NCBI GenBank assembly: GCA_046757665.1
Contig: JBHHYO010000057.1
Location: forward strand, 1 to 17,787
DNA from: Nitrospinales bacterium
GTDB taxonomy: Bacteria > Nitrospinota > Nitrospinia > Nitrospinales > JAJDAT01
Reading direction: 5' to 3'
Length of the DNA: 17,787 nucleotides
Below are positions 10,564 to 17,447 of this stretch, one piece after another. A program made the translations under genes and the position numbers. The first letter of the stretch is position 1; the number at the start of each line of letters is the position of its first letter. The notes under the pieces were generated by a model. It was given only the letters and a program-made list of their open reading frames with translations. It was not told the origin of the DNA and made no database searches.

Positions 10564-11769
10564 TTAACGGGTAGTAACGGAATAACGGGCGGGTAATGTT
10601 TTGTTCGGGGCAATCACCGTTCCGGGCCGGAGGGTATTGCCCGCCCCAATGATTACGTTATCCCCTATGAACGCTCCGAGTTTCTCCCGCCCGGTGTTGA
10701 TGATGTTTTTGCCGACCTTGACGCGGACCGGTTTCCAGTCAACGGCGCGGTTCACGGTCATGGACCCCGCGCCGAAATCCACGTTTTCTCCAAGAACGCT
10801 GTCGCCGATAAAGGATAACCGGCCGACGCTGGTATTGCCGAACACCACGCAGTTTTTCAGCTCGACTCCGTAGCCCACCGAACAATTGTCGCCCAGGGAC
10901 GTGTAACTGCGAACCAGGGAGTTGTTGCCGATGTAGCAGTTTTTACCGATGGAACAAGGCCCCTCCAAAACCGCTCCCGCCTTGATGACCGCGCCCTCGG
11001 CGATTTTGACGGTGCCGAGAATCGTGACGTTGCCTTCCATAACGGCGGATTTGGCGATCGAGGACTCCTCCCAGGAATCCATGATGATTTTGTTGGCGGT
11101 CAGGATTTCCCAGGGATGCACGATATCCAGCCACTCGTCTTCCCACATGGAAGCGCGGAGTCCCTCCTCTTCCAGCATACTGCCAACGGCTTTTTCCATG
11201 GAGCACTGGTTTTCCTGCAAATGCCGGAAAAAGCTCGAGGGCAGAATGTACGCTCCAGCCAGAACATAATTGCCCAGCTCGCCGCCTTTGGGTTTTTCGA
11301 TGATTCGGGTGATTTTCATTTGCGCGTTCAAGAATACGTTGCCGAACATCTTGTTCGACGGCGGCAGGCAAATCGACGCGACCGGACTCTTGAACGAATG
11401 GAAGGACTGCTCGATCTTGGCGAATATGTTGGCGGAGGTGACCGTATCGCCATAGACCAGCAGGAAATATTCCCCTTGAAGAATTTTGTTCTTCATCTGG
11501 AACACGGCACGGCCGATTTCGCCGATTTTTTTCTGTTCCACATATTGGATGTTCAACCCATTGTGGACATGCTCGCCGATGTGCTCGATCACTTTTTCCT
11601 TCTGGTGCCCGACGACGACAAAGATATCGTTGATTCCCGATTTTTTCAACAGGTTGATGGTGTTGTCGAAAAGATAGTTCCCGGCGACGCTGACCATGGG
11701 AATGGGGCGTGTCTTGGAGAACGGGGATAAATTGCTCCCCTTCCCGGCGGCAAGGATGACGGCTTTCAT
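10564..11769 (-). CDS. Archaeal-type GlmU-like sugar-phosphate nucleotidyltransferase + left-handed beta-helix protein with substituted catalytic motifs
   Basis: 401 aa. MKAVILAAG, YGD, EKP, W.DI..PW.IL.AN, hexapeptide repeats, GVELKNC, LSFIGDSVLGENVDFGAG and KLGAFIGDNV match the ~400-aa archaeal GlmU architecture. Confidence 0.85.
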   Translation of the reverse strand: MKAVILAAGKGSNLSPFSKTRPIPMVSVAGNYLFDNTINLLKKSGINDIFVVVGHQKEKVIEHIGEHVHNGLNIQYVEQKKIGEIGRAVFQMKNKILQGEYFLLVYGDTVTSANIFAKIEQSFHSFKSPVASICLPPSNKMFGNVFLNAQMKITRIIEKPKGGELGNYVLAGAYILPSSFFRHLQENQCSMEKAVGSMLEEEGLRASMWEDEWLDIVHPWEILTANKIIMDSWEESSIAKSAVMEGNVTILGTVKIAEGAVIKAGAVLEGPCSIGKNCYIGNNSLVRSYTSLGDNCSVGYGVELKNCVVFGNTSVGRLSFIGDSVLGENVDFGAGSMTVNRAVDWKPVRVKVGKNIINTGREKLGAFIGDNVIIGAGNTLRPGTVIAPNKTLPARYSVTTR

Positions 11770-11803
11770 GACAGGCTCTTGATGTTGGCGTGACGAGGTT
11801 TTA

Positions 11804-12550
11804 TCAGAAGGGACGACCGGTCAAAATCCGCTCCGCTCTTTTTAAATCTTCCTCGCAATTGATGCCGAGGACCTCATCGGCATCCCCGGTTTGAACGAAT
11901 TGAACGGCCGATCGATGGCGCGCAAGGTTCCGGATGGTGTCGGTCAAATAATATTCCGCTTGTGAATTATTATTGTCGAGCTGATTTATGGCTTCAAAAA
12001 CCAGGTCCTTGTCAAAACAATAAACGCCGGCATTGTATTCGTCAATAGTTTTTTGCCGGGCATCGGCGTCACGGTTTTCGACGATACCGGCAATCCGTCC
12101 CTTTTCGTCGCGGAGAATCCGCCCGAAATCCCTGGGCTGTTCCGTCTTGAGAATCAACAAGGTGCAATCGGCATCGGTTTTCCGATGATGCGCCATCAGG
12201 TTTTCCAGCGTGGACGCCTTGATAAAAGGCATGTCGCCGCACAAGACCAGGAGGTCGCCCCGAAAATCGCGCAATGCCGATTCCGCCTGCAAGACGGCGT
12301 GCCCCGTTCCCTTCTGCTCTTTTTGCTCCACAAACTCGATGCGGGGGTCTGGAAACGCGGCGGCCACGCGCTCCGACTGAAAACCCACCACGACAATCAC
12401 CCGGTCCGGGGCCAGCGCAAACACCGTGTCCAGAACGTAAGCTAACAGCGGTTTCGAGGAAAGTGGATGGAGGACCTTGGCAAGAGGAGAGTTCATTCTG
12501 ACTCCCCTGCCGGCCGCCAGAATGACGGCCGCTAGGGCTTTTTGCCGCAT
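11804..12550 (-). CDS. glmU: Stand-alone GlmU N-terminal domain (probable GlcNAc-1-P uridylyltransferase), lacking the acetyltransferase beta-helix
   Basis: AVILAAGRGVRMNS..AKVLH, Q.EQKGTGHAV, LCGDMP, FGRILRD, IVE.RDA, EYNAGVY, NNNSQAEYYLTD and GIN..EDL motifs. Ends after the linker helix at 248 aa. Confidence 0.85.
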   Translation of the reverse strand: MRQKALAAVILAAGRGVRMNSPLAKVLHPLSSKPLLAYVLDTVFALAPDRVIVVVGFQSERVAAAFPDPRIEFVEQKEQKGTGHAVLQAESALRDFRGDLLVLCGDMPFIKASTLENLMAHHRKTDADCTLLILKTEQPRDFGRILRDEKGRIAGIVENRDADARQKTIDEYNAGVYCFDKDLVFEAINQLDNNNSQAEYYLTDTIRNLARHRSAVQFVQTGDADEVLGINCEEDLKRAERILTGRPF

Positions 12551-12798
12551 TTTATTTTGTAATCCTTGATTTTTTTGCTCAAGGTGTTGCGGTTAATGCC
12601 CAGGATATTGGCCGCCCGGGTGCGGTTGCCCCCGGTCTCGGTGAGCACGATCTCCACCAGGGGTTTTTCAACCCCGCCGACGATGAGTTCGAAAAGCCGG
12701 CCGTTCTGTTTTCCATCCATCTTGGCGACGTATTGCTTGACGCTTATATCCAGCCACTTTTCCAGGAAGGAACGAACATCTTGTTTTACTTTTTTCAT
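12532..12798 (-). CDS. fis: Fis-like helix-turn-helix DNA-binding protein
   Basis: 88 aa with VEKPLVEIVL..TGGNRTRAANILGINRNTLSKKIK (HTH_8/Fis signature). Overlaps the next gene by 19 bp. Confidence 0.75.
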   Translation of the reverse strand: MKKVKQDVRSFLEKWLDISVKQYVAKMDGKQNGRLFELIVGGVEKPLVEIVLTETGGNRTRAANILGINRNTLSKKIKDYKIKCGKKP

Positions 12799-12885
12799 GC
12801 GGCGGCACGGGGGTTGAGGCTCAGGCGCAACGATTTCCGGAAAATCGAGGAAACCCCTTTCTCTGCGTCGAAATCGGATGAAGCG

Positions 12886-12914
12886 ATTCTAACAAACTCG
12901 TTTTTTTCGGTCAA
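12886..12914 (-). promoter_or_regulatory. Sigma70-type promoter for the fis-glmU-glmS-thiDN operon
   Basis: Minus strand TTGACC (12914-12909), 17 bp, TAGAAT (12891-12886), with an extended -10 TGn. Confidence 0.65.
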
Positions 12915-12955
12915 CAATAAACCGGGCCTTATCCCGTTACACCCCGATTTACAAG

Positions 12956-12985
12956 TTGATTCATCCGCCGAGCCTGGTCTATGAT
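12956..12985 (+). promoter_or_regulatory. Sigma70-type promoter for the mtaB operon
   Basis: TTGATT (12956-12961), 18 bp, TATGAT (12980-12985). RBS GGGAG at 13015-13019. Confidence 0.55.
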
Positions 12986-13027
12986 GACTTTATCGCGCAA
13001 ATCTGCGTTTCAATGGGAGCAGATAAA

Positions 13028-14368
13028 ATGAAGGTCGCCTTCACCACACTGGGTTGCCGTTCCAATCAACACGATACCGCGGAAATGCAAACCCTGCTGG
13101 AACATGACGGTTTCCGTATCGTTGACGCCCGGGAAAAGGCCGACGTTTACGTCGTCAACTCCTGCACCGTGACGGGGAAAAGCGATTACAGCTCCCGTCT
13201 GGCGGTCAAAAAATCCCTTGGCATCAATGAAAATGCGCGGGTGGTCTTTACCGGTTGCTACGCGCAAAACAGTCCGGCGGAGGTCGCGGAGATACCCGGC
13301 CTCGATCTGGTTCTGGGCAACGCCGACAAGCTCGACATTGCGTCCGCCATCAAGCGGTTGCTCACGGCGGCACGCACCGGCGAGCCCCCGGCGGCGGAGA
13401 AACCCGGCGCGCCGCTCGTCCGCATGTCGGACCTTTCCCGTAGCCGGGTCTTCACAACCGTTCCCGTAACTCATTTCCCGGGGAAAACGAAGGCGTTCAT
13501 CAAAGTGCAAACCGGTTGCGACGAACGCTGTTCCTTCTGCACCGTCGTCAAGGCGCGCGGCCGATCTCTCAGCGACGCCCGGGCAAACGTTCTCCGCAAC
13601 GTGCAAACCGCCGCCGACGCCGGCTACAAGGAGATCACCCTGACGGGCATCAACCTGGGAACCTACGGCATGGACTTCGACGTTCCCCAAACCTTCTCCG
13701 CGCTGGTCGCGGATGTTATGAAACTGCCGGGCGATTTCCGCGTGCGTTTGAGTTCCATCAACCCCATGGAAATCGACGACGCCCTCATCCGCCTGATCGC
13801 GGAGCATGAAAACCTGTGTCCGCACCTGCACGTTCCCCTGCAAAGCGGCGACGACTCGGTGCTGGCGCGGATGCGGCGCAATTACCGTTCACAGCAGTAC
13901 CTCGACGCCGTCCACCGCGCCCTGGACGCCATCCCCAACCTGGGCCTGGGCGCGGACGTCATCGTCGGCTTTCCCGGCGAAACCGACGCCATGTTCGAAA
14001 ACACGTTGAAGCTCGTCGAGAGCCTGCCGTTTTCCTACCTGCACGTTTTTTCCTATTCCGGCAGGAAGGGAACGGAAGCGTATTCGTTGAAAGACGCCGT
14101 GCCCAAGGCGGTCAAGAAAATGCGCCACAAACTGCTGACCGATCTGGGGAACCGGAAGGCCTTGCAATTCCGCCGGCGGTTTTTGGGGCGGACGGTCTCC
14201 GTGCTCATCGAAACCCGCGCCGACCCCGTTTCCGGGCTGTTCCGGGGCCGTTCGGAACATTATATTCCCGTCAGCGTTTCCGGCGGCGAAGCGTTCGTCA
14301 ACCGGATCGTCCCCGTCACCGTCGAGCAAGTCTCGGAACGGCAAGTTTCCGGATGCGTCCCATCATAA
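13028..14368 (+). CDS. mtaB: tRNA t6A37 methylthiotransferase (radical SAM, MtaB/MiaB family)
   Basis: TLGCRSNQ, VNSCTVT and TGCYAQ (UPF0004 domain), KVQTGCDERCSFC (CxxxCxxC), HLHVPLQSG, YLHVFSYS.R.GT and a C-terminal TRAM-like region. Start moved to ATG 13028, which has an RBS. Confidence 0.88.
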   Translation: MKVAFTTLGCRSNQHDTAEMQTLLEHDGFRIVDAREKADVYVVNSCTVTGKSDYSSRLAVKKSLGINENARVVFTGCYAQNSPAEVAEIPGLDLVLGNADKLDIASAIKRLLTAARTGEPPAAEKPGAPLVRMSDLSRSRVFTTVPVTHFPGKTKAFIKVQTGCDERCSFCTVVKARGRSLSDARANVLRNVQTAADAGYKEITLTGINLGTYGMDFDVPQTFSALVADVMKLPGDFRVRLSSINPMEIDDALIRLIAEHENLCPHLHVPLQSGDDSVLARMRRNYRSQQYLDAVHRALDAIPNLGLGADVIVGFPGETDAMFENTLKLVESLPFSYLHVFSYSGRKGTEAYSLKDAVPKAVKKMRHKLLTDLGNRKALQFRRRFLGRTVSVLIETRADPVSGLFRGRSEHYIPVSVSGGEAFVNRIVPVTVEQVSERQVSGCVPS

Positions 14369-15156
14369 CCCTCACCACCGATTTCGGCCTCGACGATCCT
14401 TTCGTCGGCATCATGAAGGGGGTCATCCTGCGCATCGCGCCGACGGCGGAGCTGGTCGATATCACCCACCGGATCGAGCCGCAAAACGTCCGGCAAGCCG
14501 CCTACACCCTGCAATCGGCCTTTTCCTGGTTTCCGGAAAACACGGTGCACCTGGTGGTGGTCGATCCCGGAGTCGGCGGCGGGCGGCGGGCGCTGGCGGC
14601 GAAAACCGGCGGGCACCGCTTCGTCGCCCCCGACAACGGGGCGCTCACGCCGATTCTCGACGCGGACGCCGGACGGGTTTACGAATTGACGCAGTCGAAA
14701 TATTTTTTGCATCCGGTGTCCGCGACCTTCCATGGCCGGGACGTGTTCGCGCCCGCCGCCGCGTGGCTCGCCAGGGGAACGCCCTTGTCCAAAATGGGCG
14801 CCCGCGTCCGCGATCCCAAAACGCTCGCCCTGCCCCAGCCGTCGTTCCAGCGCAATACATTAAAAGGAGAAATTGTGCATATCGACCGGTTCGGCAATTT
14901 GATGTCCAACATTTCCGCGGAACTCCTGCACCGGTACTTTGCGGTGAAAACGGATGCCCTGAAAATCCGCGTCGGCGGCAAGTCCGCGGGAGCGATGGTG
15001 GACAGTTATTCGCGGTGTCAAAAAGGAGAGCCGGGGTGTATCCTGAACAGCTGGGGATGCCTGGAGGTTTTTTGCCGCGAGGCCGCGGCCGCCGAACGTT
15101 TCAAAAGCCGGGTCGGCGCCGCCATCACCGTCACCGCGAACCGGACCGGGAAATGA
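14353..15156 (+). CDS. DUF62 SAM hydroxide adenosyltransferase (SAM hydrolase; chlorinase/fluorinase superfamily)
   Basis: Starts MRPIITLTTDFG at ATG 14353, overlapping the mtaB end. VDITH, VVDPGVGGGRR, TFHGRDVFAP and HIDRFGNL motifs are present. The Asp-Arg-His triad of the hydrolase subtype is present. Confidence 0.9.
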   Translation: MRPIITLTTDFGLDDPFVGIMKGVILRIAPTAELVDITHRIEPQNVRQAAYTLQSAFSWFPENTVHLVVVDPGVGGGRRALAAKTGGHRFVAPDNGALTPILDADAGRVYELTQSKYFLHPVSATFHGRDVFAPAAAWLARGTPLSKMGARVRDPKTLALPQPSFQRNTLKGEIVHIDRFGNLMSNISAELLHRYFAVKTDALKIRVGGKSAGAMVDSYSRCQKGEPGCILNSWGCLEVFCREAAAAERFKSRVGAAITVTANRTGK

Positions 15157-15620
15157 ACGGGATCAAGATCGTCTGCCAGAACAAAAAAGCCCGCCACAAC
15201 TATTTCATCGAGGAAACCCTGGAGGCGGGCCTGGCGCTCCTCGGCACCGAGGTCAAATCCATGCGCCAGGGCAAGGCCAACCTGGTGGACAGCTTTGCCG
15301 ACATCCAGGGCGGCGAGGCGTACCTGGTCAGCGCCCACATCAGCCCTTACGAAGCGGGCAACCGGTACAACCACCATCCCACGAGAAAACGCAAACTCCT
15401 GCTTCACAAAAAAGAAATCGACCGGCTCATCGGCAAGGTGCGGGAGCAGGGCTATAACCTGATTCCCCTGAAACTGTATTTCAAGGAGGGCCGGGCAAAA
15501 GTCGAGCTGGCTCTCGCCAAGAGCAAAAAACTCCATGACAAACGCGCCGCCATCAAAAAACGCCAGGCCGACCGCGAAATCGACTCCGCCATGAAAAGCC
15601 GCCGAACCGGCTCCCACTGA
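15153..15620 (+). CDS. smpB: SsrA (tmRNA)-binding protein
   Basis: NKKARHNY, EAGLALLGTEVKS.R, R.RKLLLHK.EI and KKLHDKR motifs. ATG 15153 overlaps the upstream TGA (ATGA). Confidence 0.97.
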   Translation: MNGIKIVCQNKKARHNYFIEETLEAGLALLGTEVKSMRQGKANLVDSFADIQGGEAYLVSAHISPYEAGNRYNHHPTRKRKLLLHKKEIDRLIGKVREQGYNLIPLKLYFKEGRAKVELALAKSKKLHDKRAAIKKRQADREIDSAMKSRRTGSH

Positions 15621-15653
15621 CCCTCGTCATTGAAGAGCCAATCCCCCAAACCC

Positions 15654-15677
15654 CCCTTCGGAGAAGGGTTTTTTTTT
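15654..15677 (+). terminator. Rho-independent terminator after smpB
   Basis: cccttc-gga-gaaggg stem-loop followed by a run of 9 T. Confidence 0.7.
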
Positions 15678-15832
15678 GCATAAGTTGAGATTCTTCGCCG
15701 CCCCCGGTATCATCGCGAGCCGCGGCCGGCGGCGTGGCGATCCAGCCGGGCCACGCCCGGAGCGCTTTTCTGGATTGCTTCGGCTCCCGCCTCGCAATGA
15801 CGATCAAACAAGGGGGCTTGCGCAAGAGTCTC
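15674..15832. repeat. MITE/REPIN-like nested inverted-repeat element
   Basis: Outer imperfect IR ttttgcataagt (15674-15685) / gcttgcgcaaga (15816-15827). Inner REP doublet tcatcgcgag...ggcgatccag (15710-15745) / ctggattgc...ctcgcaatga (15770-15800). Central hairpin ccggg...cccgg (15746-15760). Confidence 0.65.
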
Positions 15833-15849
15833 TCAAGGAAGGAGGCTTT

Positions 15850-16992
15850 TTACACGCTCAAGAAAGCGTCCAAAATAACAGGATCGAGCTCTTTGCCTTT
15901 CCGGGCTTTCATTTCCTTGAAGACTTCTTCACTTGAAAATTCTTTCTTGCCGTCACGTTCACCGGTCAAGACATTGAAAGTGTCCACCACCGCGACGATC
16001 CGCGCCAGCAAGTCGATCTCTTCACCCTTCAGGCCCCCGGGGTAACCGGAGCCGTCATAGTGTTCATGATGCTGTTCGGCAATGACGGCCACCCTGGAAA
16101 AAAAGTCATTGTTGCCGTTCCTGAGAATCTCGCCGCCTTTTACGGTATGCGTTTTCATGATTTCCCATTCATCGGGGGCCAATTCCCCCGGTTTGTTCAG
16201 GACGCTGTCCGCAATGCCGACATTCCCCACGTCGTGCAAAACGGCGCCGGCGTCGAGGGCTTCCATATCATCTTCCGACAACCCCAGCTTCCGACCCAAC
16301 ACGCGGCAATGCTTGCGCATTTTCGTGATGCGATCGGCGCAATTCCCATTCCTGCCTTCCGCCGCCTTGGCCAGCATCATGACCACTCCCCGTTCCATGC
16401 GGCTCAAATCCTCGCGGGGAATGAACATGCCTTGAGCCGGAAAGAAAGGGTTCCTGACAAGAGCAAGGTTCGATGAAGCGATCAAGCCATAACGCCTGCC
16501 GTTCACCAGCTTGCCGATGACTTGACGATAGGCATCCACCTCTCCATAAGCTTTAAATTTTTTCAGAATTTCCTCGGTTTCCTTTTCATCAAAACCGAAC
16601 TCCGAGCGGAGATCCTTTATGTTCATCCCGATAAGGTCGTGATAAGCCAATTGCCGCCCCGGCGAGTCTCCGATAATTTTGTTTATTTCATCCACCAGCT
16701 TGTTGCTGACAAAAACCACCCTGCCCTTGCGGTCCACCATGTAAAAAGCATTTTTAATGTTGCGCAAGGCCAGGTAGATGGACGTGAAAAACCGTTGCGA
16801 GTACAACGCGACGATAAAAGGCACCATATAGTTCGCGGAAATTTTCCAAAAACTTTCCCAGGAAAACGAAGCCGATTCAAGCAACATGGCGATGTATTCG
16901 CCGTTATTGACCAGATTAAGAACCGTGCCGACGACGAGGGCTGTCAGGAAGGCTTTTTTTGAAGCTTCATTTTTTATATTCCGCAAGCTCAT
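15850..16992 (-). CDS. Membrane-anchored HD-GYP domain protein with N-terminal NrtS-like membrane hairpin and PAS-like region
   Basis: aa ~12-65 ALVVGTVLNLVN.G...WKI.ANY.VPF.V..YS (NrtS-like). aa ~80-190 FYMVDRKGRVVFVS...LIGMNI (PAS-like). C-terminal LHDVG, KPG.L...EW.IMK.H and HHEHYDGSGYP.GL.GEEI...ARIVAV.D. Confidence 0.85.
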   Translation of the reverse strand: MSLRNIKNEASKKAFLTALVVGTVLNLVNNGEYIAMLLESASFSWESFWKISANYMVPFIVALYSQRFFTSIYLALRNIKNAFYMVDRKGRVVFVSNKLVDEINKIIGDSPGRQLAYHDLIGMNIKDLRSEFGFDEKETEEILKKFKAYGEVDAYRQVIGKLVNGRRYGLIASSNLALVRNPFFPAQGMFIPREDLSRMERGVVMMLAKAAEGRNGNCADRITKMRKHCRVLGRKLGLSEDDMEALDAGAVLHDVGNVGIADSVLNKPGELAPDEWEIMKTHTVKGGEILRNGNNDFFSRVAVIAEQHHEHYDGSGYPGGLKGEEIDLLARIVAVVDTFNVLTGERDGKKEFSSEEVFKEMKARKGKELDPVILDAFLSV

Positions 16993-17086
16993 GGAGTTTT
17001 TTTAATGTTGTGTCATAATTTGAAAGTTTTCTCGGATATTATAGCCGTTTTGATCGGTTTTTTTGGGAAAAATGAAACGGGGAAAA

Positions 17087-17134
17087 TTGTCACCTCGAGC
17101 TTGTCGAAAGGCGCCGATGTCCGCGGGGTGGCAA
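17087..17134. repeat. Degenerate REP-like element (GTCACCCTGAGCTTGTCGAAGG family)
   Basis: gtcacctcgagcttgtcgaaagg (17089-17111) plus a partner arm cggggtggcaa (17124-17134) that can pair with ttgtcacctcg. Confidence 0.45.
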
Positions 17135-17404
17135 CGGCTCTATTTCCCCGCTGGAAATCAGGTCGGGAAACCTGCCATTTCAGCCGATGGCAAGGCAACC
17201 CAACGCCGCACGGTTTAAAAATACCGGCGATTTATTTAAAAACTGGTTGGCGACTGGTCCGCACCGGCTCCCATGCCGAGCTTTTCGAGATGTAGGCCAG
17301 TCTCTTGCAATTGATGGGGTTTTTCTTCGGCAGTGCCTGCCCTTATCCTGCAAAGCCAACCGCACATAACAACAAATATCCATTATTTGCAAAATTATCA
17401 AATT

Positions 17405-17447
17405 ATTGTATTCTTGTGGAAGAGATTCAGTATAAGGAGAATACAAT
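17405..17447. promoter_or_regulatory. Inverted repeat, candidate autoregulatory operator of the TA operon
   Basis: Perfect 10-bp IR attgtattct (17405-17414) / agaatacaat (17438-17447), enclosing or overlapping the RBS AAGGAG (17434-17439) and the ATG. Confidence 0.55.

Noticed and set aside
12956-13027. TTG start for mtaB at 12956
   Set aside because: It coincides with the predicted -35 box. ATG 13028 has an RBS and matches the family N-terminus.
13816-14352. N-terminal extension of the 446-aa ORF, and similarly 14763-15152 of the smpB ORF
   Set aside because: Arg/Pro-rich out-of-frame overlaps with the upstream genes. Family homology starts at ATG 14353 and ATG 15153.
14353-15156. True fluorinase/chlorinase
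   Set aside because: It has the DPGVG..R and TFHGRD hydrolase-type residues and a housekeeping context.
15621-15850. tmRNA (ssrA) after smpB
   Set aside because: No GGGG(C/G) 5' end with a tRNA-like TTCGA...CCACCA 3' end. The region is explained by the terminator and the MITE.
17120-17183. Cobalamin or c-di-GMP riboswitch (ggtcgggaaacctgcc resembles the B12 box 3' end)
   Set aside because: The upstream conserved core is not recognisable and the downstream gene is an antitoxin. A REP-derived hairpin is the simpler explanation.
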